Below, piece by piece: positions 48,245-57,865 of a DNA stretch of 64,000 nt. The notes beneath the pieces were generated by a model, which saw only the letters and a program-made list of their open reading frames with translations, made no database searches and was not told where the DNA came from. Source of the DNA: an uncultured Gemmatimonadota bacterium. Its GTDB lineage: Bacteria > JAAXHH01. The stretch covers positions 2,400,001 through 2,464,000 of the forward strand of contig OX638340.1 of the NCBI GenBank assembly GCA_951812955.1. Reading direction: 5' to 3'. The translations under genes were made by a program, and so were the position numbers. Every line of letters begins with the position of its first letter. Position 1 is the first letter of the stretch.

Positions 48245-49192
48245 CTATTGCGCGTCCAACCTTGACACGCGGTCGAGACGGTTCTGCATCGTGGGGTGGG
48301 TCAGAAGTACTCTAACAAATCTCGGTGGTGGCTTTAAATTGTCATTGACTTGATGAAGACGGTAGAGCGCCCGTTTGTATTGCTCCGTGCCCACCCATTT
48401 TGCCGCCGTAGCATCTGCTTCGTATTCGTTACGCCTCGATAGCGGGTAAATGACCAGAAACATGAGAAGCCACACGTTCACGGCATTTAAAAGCCCGTAC
48501 GTCCACATTTTAAAAGACTCATCCATTGCATCGACATATGCACTGAAATCTAGCAGATACAGGAAAGCCTGCATCCCGCAGACCCACATAAATGTAGCCA
48601 ACTGCATCTTGGGAAGATGCCTGTGACGAACATGGGCCAATTCGTGGGCGAATATTGCCAAAATCTCCTCTTCGTTCGCTTTCGCCAGAAGTTTGTCCGT
48701 AAAGAAGATGTACCTGTTTTTGCGGAAAAGCCCAGTTACCATCGCGTTGGCAGTCCTGCTCTTGATGGTGTACAGGGTTTCTGCCGCAATGTTCATATCG
48801 ACGGACGATATCAGCTTCCCGACTGACCGATCCAGGCGATCGTCCCGTAACTCGTATCCACGGAAGATGAGACGTATCAGATATGGAGAACACAACCATG
48901 CACAGGCGTTCCCTACGGTTGCCGACAGGATGACCAGCAACACAATCGTTAAGGAACCTTGGTCCAATAGACCCGGAACTCCCTGAACAATCATGTCATC
49001 CGCGGTTAACAGAATGCTTAAGAACACGAATACCGCGATCAATATGCCCACCAGGGTCACACTCATGTTCAACCCGATTTCGACCAGTCTGTCGCGCCAG
49101 GTCAACCGGATTGGTTCATCTTTAATCGATGAAGCGCCGCCGGCTACTTCATTTATACGGTGTGTAGGTTCGACCATTATTTCCTTCTTCAA
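48245..49192 (-). CDS. M48-family zinc metallopeptidase, paralog of 42792-43733
   Basis: 315 aa; HELAHVRHRH and EYEADATAA; collinear similarity to the other copy over the whole length (IRLTWRDRLVEIGL / IRLNWREKLVEVGL, ... LTHPTMQNRLDRV / STHPTLQQRLERV). Confidence 0.85.
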   Translation of the reverse strand: MKKEIMVEPTHRINEVAGGASSIKDEPIRLTWRDRLVEIGLNMSVTLVGILIAVFVFLSILLTADDMIVQGVPGLLDQGSLTIVLLVILSATVGNACAWLCSPYLIRLIFRGYELRDDRLDRSVGKLISSVDMNIAAETLYTIKSRTANAMVTGLFRKNRYIFFTDKLLAKANEEEILAIFAHELAHVRHRHLPKMQLATFMWVCGMQAFLYLLDFSAYVDAMDESFKMWTYGLLNAVNVWLLMFLVIYPLSRRNEYEADATAAKWVGTEQYKRALYRLHQVNDNLKPPPRFVRVLLTHPTMQNRLDRVSRLDAQ

Positions 49193-49199
49193 ATCAGCG

Positions 49200-49850
49200 T
49201 TATGACATAACGGCTTGTACCAGGCCGTTTAGCGCGACGTATGCCAGGATCACGCCGACTGCTTTGAACCTGGGCATCAAGCAGACCCTGTGCACCGCTT
49301 CGATGGCAAAAGCGACCACCAGGGTCAAAGCAATATACCGACCGTATCGAATCCACTTAAGCAACCCGATATCCTGCATCTTCGTGATCTCGCCGGGCAA
49401 TTGATCGATCGTGGCCAGGTTCGACAGTCCGACATAGACCATCTGGTCTGAAAACGCAAGCATGAGAACGACCGCCATGATCGAATACACTGTAACCGGG
49501 GTGTATGCGACACCCAGCCATCCAAACAGCGCGCGATGACGACGTCTACTGTTCAATAGCGCAACAACGATCATTACAAACAGCCAACCGAACACGAAAA
49601 TCACGATTTCGCCCAATGTGACGCCCAATATCATGGTTATGAACATAACTGAGAATAACTGTGCATATGTTTCGGTAAGATGATCCGGTATTTGTCCTGC
49701 AACTGACCTGAAAGTCAGAAAAAGTACGATCCCGTTCATAAGCAAGTATATGACAAACATGCCGATGCCCGTCGAGAGCGGTTCGGTTACACTGATTGAT
49801 ACCAGCCTGTCGGATGCCCTGCGTGGAATTTCCATTTTCTGTCCGTTCAA
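49200..49850 (-). CDS. multi-pass membrane protein, possibly Yip1-like
   Basis: 216 aa; 5 hydrophobic helices; 4-bp overlap with upstream gene. Confidence 0.4.
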   Translation of the reverse strand: MNGQKMEIPRRASDRLVSISVTEPLSTGIGMFVIYLLMNGIVLFLTFRSVAGQIPDHLTETYAQLFSVMFITMILGVTLGEIVIFVFGWLFVMIVVALLNSRRRHRALFGWLGVAYTPVTVYSIMAVVLMLAFSDQMVYVGLSNLATIDQLPGEITKMQDIGLLKWIRYGRYIALTLVVAFAIEAVHRVCLMPRFKAVGVILAYVALNGLVQAVMS

Positions 49851-50518
49851 TTGATTTTGTTCGCTATTTGTCCAGTGACAAAGGTTTCTATAATCGAAGC
49901 CACCGTGATCAGAAGGAATCCGGTGACGAGTCTGCGTACGTTCAAGGCCAACCTATCCGAATCTATGAGCCATGTATCGAACTTGAGTTTTTGGCAAAAG
50001 AGGACCAGACCTTCGCATCCCACAGCGCCGAAAAACACAAACCCCGCCAACTCAATCACGCCATGGGGTAGAATCAAAGCGGCTATGTGGTATATCGAAG
50101 CACCGGAATCAACCGCAGAAAGCGTAGACCATGCCACGATAGTTCCTGTCCAGCCCAATATCACAACACTGACCAATCCAAAGGACAGAAGGCCCAATAG
50201 TATTTTCATGGAAACGAGGAAATTGTTGCCAATAATGAAACGCCATTCATCCCCACCGTCCAAAAAGGGACGTGAATCCAGCATGAGGGTGGAGCTACCC
50301 GGATCTGTTGGTTTATTCTCAATCATATCCAGGGGCATTGCCGCTCCAACACCCAAGCCGACGATGACAGAAGCAAAGGAAATTAAAATGGGTAGTTTGC
50401 TTGGTTTGCGCGTTGACATAGATCCCACACTAGGTATCATCCATAAATTCCGAGGAAAGGATGGAGGCCATTTTCGGCCTCCATCCATCGTACTTACCAG
50501 CTTGTTAAATTCCAGCAC
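49847..50518 (-). CDS. SpoIIM / DUF95-family membrane protein
   Basis: 223 aa; LPHGVIELAGFVFFGAVG matches the conserved HGxxE(L/I)xA motif of DUF95/SpoIIM. Confidence 0.55.
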   Translation of the reverse strand: MLEFNKLVSTMDGGRKWPPSFPRNLWMIPSVGSMSTRKPSKLPILISFASVIVGLGVGAAMPLDMIENKPTDPGSSTLMLDSRPFLDGGDEWRFIIGNNFLVSMKILLGLLSFGLVSVVILGWTGTIVAWSTLSAVDSGASIYHIAALILPHGVIELAGFVFFGAVGCEGLVLFCQKLKFDTWLIDSDRLALNVRRLVTGFLLITVASIIETFVTGQIANKIN

Positions 50519-50789
50519 CTATAAACACGGCGCCAACACCGGTTCCAATGCCAACGCTGGCCACGAGACCATAGCCGGCTGCTGTCAGCCAACCAATTGT
50601 TCCACCACCAGCCAATCCACCCAGTGCAACACCGCCAACCAGGGACGCATTGGAACCCCACAAGCAGTAAGCGAGGTTCGGCGACGCTGCGATGCCCGGT
50701 GTTTCAGCCAGCGGCGAACTGGCCGTTGAGTTGACGCTCGCGCCTGCGATCAGGGCGAACATGAACACTGAGAGAATGAGTTTTTTCAT
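50505..50789 (-). CDS. small secreted Gly/Ala-rich hydrophobic peptide, first gene of the island operon
   Basis: start MKKLILSVFMFALIAGASVNS (signal peptide); C-terminal GGVALGGLAGGGTIGWLTAAGYGLVASVGIGTGVGAVFIGAGI with serial GxxxG motifs. Confidence 0.45.
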   Translation of the reverse strand: MKKLILSVFMFALIAGASVNSTASSPLAETPGIAASPNLAYCLWGSNASLVGGVALGGLAGGGTIGWLTAAGYGLVASVGIGTGVGAVFIGAGI

Positions 50790-51110
50790 AATGATTTGTT
50801 CCCCTCGATTTTGGTATATATCGAACCAATGTGGTTTATCCTTCGAAAGACTCTGTAATGCCGTTAACCTCCTTTCCTCTCTCAAATTAGATTCCATCCG
50901 CCGTTCTCATTCGATGCGACGTCATTCTCTGCCCAGGTACCAGGAAACTCGGTTGCAGGTCTCGGAATGCGCAGTTCCGAGAGAAAGCGTCGATCTCTTA
51001 ACGGGGACTCGACCTAATGTTAAAACTGAATCCAGTAACTGTGACCGCAGCGATCTATCACAATTAGTCTCCGTGAATCCCCGGTTCTCGTAGACAATCT
51101 CTATTTCCTG

Positions 51111-51143
51111 CAATAAAAAAGCCCGGCGATCGTACCGCCGGGC
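51111..51143 (-). terminator. rho-independent terminator downstream of the 51275-53884 gene
   Basis: on minus strand: stem GCCCGGCG-loop-CGCCGGGC followed by TTTTTTAT. Confidence 0.55.
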
Positions 51144-51274
51144 GTTCACATATCCCATTCGCATTCCGATAAACCCAGTATTTTACCTCATCCCCTCCTT
51201 AGCCTCAATCTCGTCTCGTATTCTTTTTAAATCGCTGGATATTGTCTTACAGACTACGGCAGGATTCTTCTTTA

Positions 51275-53884
51275 CTACTCCCCGTCCCCATCCCCCACCG
51301 CATCCAGCAGCGCTTCCCGCGTCATGCCATCGGGAGGCGTGTTTAGGCCCGATTCCTCGCCCGGGTCGGCGACGAGCCAGATGCCGCGCTCGAGGGCGTA
51401 GCCATCTCGTTCGGAGGCCTTTTGGAGGAGTTCCTGCAGGTCTTCGCCATCCATCAGGCCCAGCAGCCCGACGGGGATCACCCGGGCGGAGATTCCCCTT
51501 TCGCGCAGGAAGCCCGCGTACCAGTCGGGAGGACGTTCATAGGAGAACACGAGAAAGGGGCGTTCCGGCGTGCCGGCGCCCCGCCAGAATCCCAGGCGAT
51601 ACCAGTCCGGCCGCAGGGAGCGGACGAAGGCGCCGTGGCGCAGCCGGGGATTGATTTCGTCCATGGACTGCCGGTACAGCGTGCCGAGGCGCTCCGCGTT
51701 GGCTTCCTGGAGCTGGATATAGGTCTCGAGGTATCCCGACTTGAGCAGCCACTCGAACCGGTCTTCCCGGTCCAGTCCCATGAGCGACCTGAATTCGTCG
51801 CCGTGGTACAGACCGTTCCGGACGAGATGCCGGATGAAGTACCGGAAATGCAGGTCGTCGAAGACGTCGGTCGCGGCATAGGCGTGCCGCGGACGCGTGA
51901 TATGGGGATCCCAGTCGTGCACGATGGCCTGCGGGGCCCCCTGGAGGCGGCTGTGCCGGGCGATGGCGCGGGCCGGCTCAAAGAGGTGGCGGTTCAGGTA
52001 TGCCATGTCGAGCCGGGAAGGCAGGTCGACGTCCTCCCCGCGGGCGTTCAGGGCGGCTGCGTAGTCGCCGGTGATCTCGCGCTCGCGAGGGGCGCTGACG
52101 CCGGCGTACCAGGCCGTCGGTGTGCCGCCCACGCGGCTGAGGATGGGCATGGCCCACGATTCGAAACGCACGTCGCCCGTCACCGCCGCGCCCCCGGTGT
52201 AACTGGCAGCCGGCGCCACGGTCCAAAGGAAGTCCATCCCGAGGCCGGGCAACGTTCCGGCGAGTTCGGACACGTGTTCATGCCGGCGGGCGATGAAATC
52301 CCAGACGCCTCGAAGCGGTACGGCATCCGTCGTGCCGGTAGAGAGGCCGGCGTCTGCCGAGTCGCCGGGACTGGGGCGGGCTTCGGCGTCCACGCTGGCG
52401 TCTGAGCCGGAACCCGGACCAGCGCCCAGCTCTGCACTTGAACCTGTGCCGGCTCCGGAACCCGTGCCGTCGCCTGTGCCCGCGCCGTCGCCTGTGCCCG
52501 CGCCGGGTCCGTCATCCGGACCGGACGCCGCGCTGCTGAGCACCCGGACCCGTTCGGGCGCCGCCGTCCTTATGGATACGTTGTTGAGGGAGAAATCCGG
52601 TTTCCGGTTGCCGGGCATCTGGGCCGTGGCATAGTCGTGTTCGGGAGACCAGTCTCCGGGGGAATCGACCAGCGCGCGGACGTAGCTCGCGAGTCCGTCC
52701 ATAAAATCATCCAGTCCTTCGAGATCGGCTTCCCGGGGGCGGATGCCCAGGGGCGGCAAGGGCCGGTCGAGCCCGGATAGCACCTGGCGGTCAACGGCAA
52801 GGACGAATCCCTCGTTCAGCCGGCCGGTCCGTCCCGCGGCCGCTACCGCCATGCGGCCGAAGGTCTCCTCGTCGCCTCGCATGGTTTCCAGGTCTTCGGC
52901 CGACCCGATCTCTTCCCGGATCTCCCGGTCGGCGAAAGCGGCGGCGATGATCTCCACCGGAACGCCCACCAGCGCGTATTCGGATCCCCAGCGGTTTCCG
53001 GACATGCGCACGGTCAGCGTGTCCTTCGCATCTGAAACGCCTTCCACCCTGCCCTTGAATCTCGCCGCGGTCCAGTCCACCGGCACGAGCCGATCCCGGT
53101 TCCGGTACTGCAGGCTGGTCCGCAGCTCCTGGTCGCCGCGCAGCAGCAGTTCGACGTCTTCTCCCGCAATCGCGTCCGCGGGGGAGATACGCAAGGTACG
53201 CCGGACTACGCGGTATTCGGGTTCGGGTTCGGGTGCGGGTTCCGGTTCGATCTCCTCTCCAGGGTCCGGCGCTTGAGGTTCCACGAGCAGCGGCTCGGCA
53301 CCGTCGCCCACGAGCAGCCGGGTGCCGGCGCGGGCGGCCACGCTGCCGTCCATGCCCCGCCCGACCGGGTGGCCGTCGGCAATTTCGAAATAGACCACGG
53401 GGTTCAGGACTGGACTGGTTTCGTGGTCGGCGTTCAGCGCGTGCAGGTTGATGTTCAGACGGGCCAAGATCTCGTTGAACTGATACCGGTCGTGGACGCC
53501 GGGATTGACCTTCCTCCGCTCGCTGTAGGGCCCGTCGGAGGGCATCGCCAGCACGAGCACTTTACCCCGCGACACGAAGTTGATGACCAGGTCCACTTCC
53601 TGGATGCTCATGCCCGGATCGCCGCCGCCCAGAAGCACGATGGCGTCGTAGTCCCGGGCGTCCCGTTCGACCATGGCCGGATAATACGGCCGGTAGTCGA
53701 CGTCGAACCCCGCTTCCGAGAACGCCTGTATCATCCCGGTGTGCTCTTCCGGATAGGCCATGGCGTATTCGACGACGAGCAGGCGGGGATCGCCGTTCGG
53801 CCCGGCGGACGGCTCCTGCCTCGCGCTTGCGGAGTAATTGGGCGCCAGGAATACAATCAGGCAGACAATCAGTTTGATTCGCAT
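51275..53884 (-). CDS. large secreted protein (869 aa), N-terminal class-I glutamine-amidotransferase-like/ThuA-like fold suspected, Gly/Thr/Asp-rich linker, C-terminal domain unknown
   Basis: signal peptide MRIKLIVCLIVFLAPNYSASA; low-complexity GPGAGTGDGAGTGDGTGSGAGTGSS; no catalytic motif confidently recognised. Confidence 0.55.
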   Translation of the reverse strand: MRIKLIVCLIVFLAPNYSASARQEPSAGPNGDPRLLVVEYAMAYPEEHTGMIQAFSEAGFDVDYRPYYPAMVERDARDYDAIVLLGGGDPGMSIQEVDLVINFVSRGKVLVLAMPSDGPYSERRKVNPGVHDRYQFNEILARLNINLHALNADHETSPVLNPVVYFEIADGHPVGRGMDGSVAARAGTRLLVGDGAEPLLVEPQAPDPGEEIEPEPAPEPEPEYRVVRRTLRISPADAIAGEDVELLLRGDQELRTSLQYRNRDRLVPVDWTAARFKGRVEGVSDAKDTLTVRMSGNRWGSEYALVGVPVEIIAAAFADREIREEIGSAEDLETMRGDEETFGRMAVAAAGRTGRLNEGFVLAVDRQVLSGLDRPLPPLGIRPREADLEGLDDFMDGLASYVRALVDSPGDWSPEHDYATAQMPGNRKPDFSLNNVSIRTAAPERVRVLSSAASGPDDGPGAGTGDGAGTGDGTGSGAGTGSSAELGAGPGSGSDASVDAEARPSPGDSADAGLSTGTTDAVPLRGVWDFIARRHEHVSELAGTLPGLGMDFLWTVAPAASYTGGAAVTGDVRFESWAMPILSRVGGTPTAWYAGVSAPREREITGDYAAALNARGEDVDLPSRLDMAYLNRHLFEPARAIARHSRLQGAPQAIVHDWDPHITRPRHAYAATDVFDDLHFRYFIRHLVRNGLYHGDEFRSLMGLDREDRFEWLLKSGYLETYIQLQEANAERLGTLYRQSMDEINPRLRHGAFVRSLRPDWYRLGFWRGAGTPERPFLVFSYERPPDWYAGFLRERGISARVIPVGLLGLMDGEDLQELLQKASERDGYALERGIWLVADPGEESGLNTPPDGMTREALLDAVGDGDGE

Positions 53885-54296
53885 GGCATTCGGATCCGGG
53901 GAGATGATATCGACCGACTTACCATATTATAACCATGCGACCTCGATCACAAGCCGATAAACGGCGAAACGCCCGGCAATAACAGGCCATGCTTGCCACC
54001 ATGGTCTCTTGATCGAAGGATACCGGGCGAACGGGTGTCTGTGCGGCGGACGGCTACGTTAGCGGTTACGTTAAAAGTAAACTGCAGACAGGGCAAAATA
54101 TCAGATTTTTAGTGACAAACGTGTGTAATGGTTTCGTTATTTGGAGACTAATACGCGTTTTTTCGCCTTTACAGCGGGATTTCGCGATTTCAAGCGCGCT
54201 TGCGGAAGATCCGCTGCGGAATCGTTCGGCCCGGAGGCTTAATCCGCACCCGGGACGGAATGAACGCGTGGTGGACATCCAGGGGAGGGCAGATAG

Positions 54297-56681
54297 TTGA
54301 GTGCTCGCGACGATCCGGTACCGGAGATACAGGCGTTGCGCGCACGCAACGACGCGCTCAACGCGGCGATCCTGCGTATCAACGCAAGCCTGGACCTCGA
54401 AAACGTCCTCAGGGAGGTCGTGGAGAGTGCCAGGGCGCTCACCGGTGCCCGCTTCGGCGCCATCACCACCATCGACGAGACCGGCGTTCTCCAGGACTTC
54501 GTCTCCTCCGGTCTTACCGAAGAGGATCATCGGCGCATGGTGGACTGGCCGGAAGGGCCGCAACTCTTCGAACACTTCCGCGACCTGCCGGGACCGCTGC
54601 GGCTCGCGGACATGTCCGAATACGTGCGCAAAATCGGTTTTTCGGCTGACCGACTGCCGAACGTCCGTTCCTTCCTGGGTACGCCGATGCGTCTTGGTGG
54701 CGAGCACGTAGGCAGCTTCTACCTGGTCGAAACGGCAGGCGGCGAGGAGTTCACGAATGAGGACGAGGAGGCCCTTGTACTGTTCGCTTCACAGGCGGCC
54801 GTCGCGATTGCCAATGCGCGTGCGCACCGTATCGAGCAGCGTACCAGGGCCGACCTCGAAGCGCTGGTCGAGACCTCTCCGGTGGGCGTCGTGGTGTTCG
54901 ATGCCGTGGCGGGCAGGCGGGTGTCATTCAACCGGGAGGCGAAGCGGATCGTGGAGCACCTGCGCATACCGGGCCGATCCTATGAAGCCATACTCGAGGT
55001 GGCGACCTGCCGCTTCGCCGACGGACGCGAAGTCGCGCTGGACCAGCTCTCGCTGTCCCGTGTGCTCAGTGGTTCCGTGACGGTGAAGGCCGAGGAGATC
55101 GTGCTTTCCACACCCGATGGGCGCAGTGTGACGATGCTCGTAAACGCCACCACGATCCGCGGCGAGGACGGCGCGGTTGCGTCGGTGGTGGTCACCATGC
55201 AGGACCTGGCGCCGCTGCAGGAACTGGACCGGACGCGGGCCGAGTTTCTCAGCATGGTGAGCCACGAACTGCGCGCGCCGCTGACTTCCATCAAGGGGTC
55301 GGCGACGACGGTGTTGAACGCCTCACGGGAACTGGACCCGGCCGAAGTCCGCCAGTTCTTCCGTATCATCGATGAACAGGCCAATCTCATGGACAGCCTG
55401 ATCGGCGATCTGCTCGATGCGGGACGCATCGATACGGGCAGTTTGTCTGTCTCCCCCGAACCCTCCGACGTCGGCGCCCTGGTGGACCAGGCCCGCAACA
55501 CTTTCCTGTCCGGAGGCGTCAGACACGACGTACTCATCGACCTGCCGCCCGATCTGCCCCCGGTTCTCGCCGACAGGAAACGCATCGGGCAGGTGCTGAA
55601 CAACCTGCTGTCCAACGCCGCACGCCACTCGGCGGCGACAACGCCCATCCGGATCTCGGCCGAACGGGACGGCGTATACGTCGCGCTCACCGTTTCCGAC
55701 GAGGGCCGGGGCATAGCGCCGAAACTTCTCGGACGGTTGTTTCGCAAGTACGGGCGCACCGAAGAAGACGCAGGCGTGACCGGAGGCCTGGGGCTGGTCA
55801 TCTGCAAGGGGCTGGTCGAGGCACATGGCGGGCGCATACGGGCCGAAAGCCCGGGCATGGGGAAGGGCACGCGCTTCGTCTTCACGATACCTGTTGCGGC
55901 AAAGGGCGGCGAAGACGCAGCGGACGGCGATGCCCGCCAGTCCTCGGGCATACCTTCCGAAGGCCGCCAGCCGACGCCTGTCCTCGTTGTGGACGACGAT
56001 CCACAGACCCTGCGTTACGTGCACGACATTCTCGCCGATTCGGGCTACTCCGCACTGGTCACGGCCGAACACAGGGATATTTCGAAAATCATCGAAGCGG
56101 AGAAGCCCAAACTGGTTCTGCTCGACCTCATGCTGCCCGAAACCGACGGGATCGAACTCATGCAGACTATTCCCGAGCTTGCCATCCTGCCGGTAATCTT
56201 CATCTCGGGCTATGGACGCGACGAGACGATTGCAAGGGCGCTGGAAGCCGGCGCCGAGGACTATATCGTCAAGCCCTTCTCACCGACCGAGCTCACCGCA
56301 CGGATCGGAGCCATCCTCCGCCGACGGGCCAATCCGGAACGCTTCGTGCTCGGCGAGCTGGCCATCGACTACGACCGCCGCGAGGTCGAAATCGCGGGTC
56401 GGCCGGTGCCGCTTACGGCGACAGAGTACGAGGTGTTGCGTGTGCTTTCGCTCTGCGTGGGGCGAATCGCTACCTACGACGCCTTGCTGCGTGAGATCTG
56501 GGGCAGGCGCGGCTTCGGCGACGCGAGACTCGTACGGGCCATCGTCAAGCGTCTTCGGAGGAAGCTCGGCGACGACGCGAACAATCCGTCCTACATCGCC
56601 AACGTGCGCGGCCTTGGCTACCGCCTGATCCGGCCGGCCGGAACGGGGGAATCGGGCGGACCGGGTGGACAGGGCGGATAG
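54297..56681 (+). CDS. cytoplasmic single-polypeptide two-component system: GAF, histidine kinase (HisKA plus HATPase_c), receiver, OmpR-type winged-helix DNA-binding domain
   Basis: 794 aa, TTG start; GAF-like N-terminus; H-box LSMVSHELRAPLTSIKGS; G-boxes GGLGLVICKGLVEAHGG; receiver VLVVDDDPQ...LLDLMLPETDGIEL...EDYIVKPF; C-terminal ...NVRGLGYRLIRP (Trans_reg_C). Confidence 0.85.
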   Translation: MSARDDPVPEIQALRARNDALNAAILRINASLDLENVLREVVESARALTGARFGAITTIDETGVLQDFVSSGLTEEDHRRMVDWPEGPQLFEHFRDLPGPLRLADMSEYVRKIGFSADRLPNVRSFLGTPMRLGGEHVGSFYLVETAGGEEFTNEDEEALVLFASQAAVAIANARAHRIEQRTRADLEALVETSPVGVVVFDAVAGRRVSFNREAKRIVEHLRIPGRSYEAILEVATCRFADGREVALDQLSLSRVLSGSVTVKAEEIVLSTPDGRSVTMLVNATTIRGEDGAVASVVVTMQDLAPLQELDRTRAEFLSMVSHELRAPLTSIKGSATTVLNASRELDPAEVRQFFRIIDEQANLMDSLIGDLLDAGRIDTGSLSVSPEPSDVGALVDQARNTFLSGGVRHDVLIDLPPDLPPVLADRKRIGQVLNNLLSNAARHSAATTPIRISAERDGVYVALTVSDEGRGIAPKLLGRLFRKYGRTEEDAGVTGGLGLVICKGLVEAHGGRIRAESPGMGKGTRFVFTIPVAAKGGEDAADGDARQSSGIPSEGRQPTPVLVVDDDPQTLRYVHDILADSGYSALVTAEHRDISKIIEAEKPKLVLLDLMLPETDGIELMQTIPELAILPVIFISGYGRDETIARALEAGAEDYIVKPFSPTELTARIGAILRRRANPERFVLGELAIDYDRREVEIAGRPVPLTATEYEVLRVLSLCVGRIATYDALLREIWGRRGFGDARLVRAIVKRLRRKLGDDANNPSYIANVRGLGYRLIRPAGTGESGGPGGQGG

Positions 56682-56737
56682 GGCGGATAGGGCGGAGCGA
56701 GCGGACACGGCGACGCTTAGACGGTTCTCCAGGTTCC

Positions 56738-57736
56738 TCACACCACCGCGAGCCGCTCCAGCAGGTCGACGCAGCGGTTTGAGTAGCCCCACTCGTTATC
56801 GTACCAGCCGCAGATCTTGACGAGGCCGTCGTCGATGATCATGGTCAGCTCGGAGTCGAAGATGCAGGAGGCGGGGTTGTGCACGATGTCGACGGAGACG
56901 ATGGGGTCTTCGCAGTACTCGAGGATGCCGTGGAGGGGGCCCTTCGCGGCCGCCGCGAAGGCGGCGTTGACTTCGTCGGCTGTGGGCACACGTTCGACCT
57001 GGGCAACGAAGTCGGTGAGGGATCCGTCGGGGACGGGCACGCGGACGGCCATGCCGTTGAGACGGCCGTTCAGCGCGGGGATCACCTCGCCGATTGCCTT
57101 GGCCGCGCCGGTGCTTGTGGGGATCATGGACAGTGCGGCCGACCGGGCCCTACGGGGGTCCTTGTGGGCGAAGTCGATGATCTGCTGGTCGCTGGTATAG
57201 GCGTGGACCGTGGTCATGGAACCGCGGACGACGCCGAAGTTGTCGTGCAGCACAGATGCCATGGGAGCGAGGCAGTTGGTGGTGCAGGAGGCGTTGGAGA
57301 TCACCCGGTGCGAATCGTTCAGGATCCCGTCGTTCACGCCCATGACGATAGTGGCGTCCACGTTGGTTGCCGGCGCGGAGATCAGCACCTTCTTCGCACC
57401 GGCGGAAAGGTGCGCCGACGCCTGTTCGCCGTCGGTGAAGATGCCCGTGGATTCCACCACGAGGTCGACGCCGCGGTCGCCCCAGGGCAGATCCGCAGGA
57501 TTCCGTTCGGAGACGATCTCGATCGTGTTTCCGTTCACCGCGAGTCCGCCGTTCACGGCTTCAACCGGATGGTCGTACCGGCCGTGGACGGAGTCGAATT
57601 TCAACAGGTGCGCCAGCGTGGCGTTGTCGGTGAGGTCGTTGATGGCGACCACGTCGAAGCCGCCGCGGTCCGTCATGGCGCGGAAGACCATGCGGCCGAT
57701 GCGGCCGAACCCGTTGATGCCGACTCTGATACCCAT
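56738..57736 (-). CDS. gap: glyceraldehyde-3-phosphate dehydrogenase
   Basis: start [15 protein letters not shown]; catalytic [12 protein letters not shown]; [10 protein letters not shown]-terminus. Confidence 0.95.
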   Translation of the reverse strand: MGIRVGINGFGRIGRMVFRAMTDRGGFDVVAINDLTDNATLAHLLKFDSVHGRYDHPVEAVNGGLAVNGNTIEIVSERNPADLPWGDRGVDLVVESTGIFTDGEQASAHLSAGAKKVLISAPATNVDATIVMGVNDGILNDSHRVISNASCTTNCLAPMASVLHDNFGVVRGSMTTVHAYTSDQQIIDFAHKDPRRARSAALSMIPTSTGAAKAIGEVIPALNGRLNGMAVRVPVPDGSLTDFVAQVERVPTADEVNAAFAAAAKGPLHGILEYCEDPIVSVDIVHNPASCIFDSELTMIIDDGLVKICGWYDNEWGYSNRCVDLLERLAVV

Positions 57737-57865
57737 GGTACGCATGCCTCCAAAAGTTTCGGGAAACCGTCCCGTGCTACCGGGGCCGATTTCCCTTTTT
57801 CAATTCCGGCTTCGGCCGGTTCGATGTCTATGCTTTCGTCCGCCTGCCGCGTGTTGCGCGCGCCG

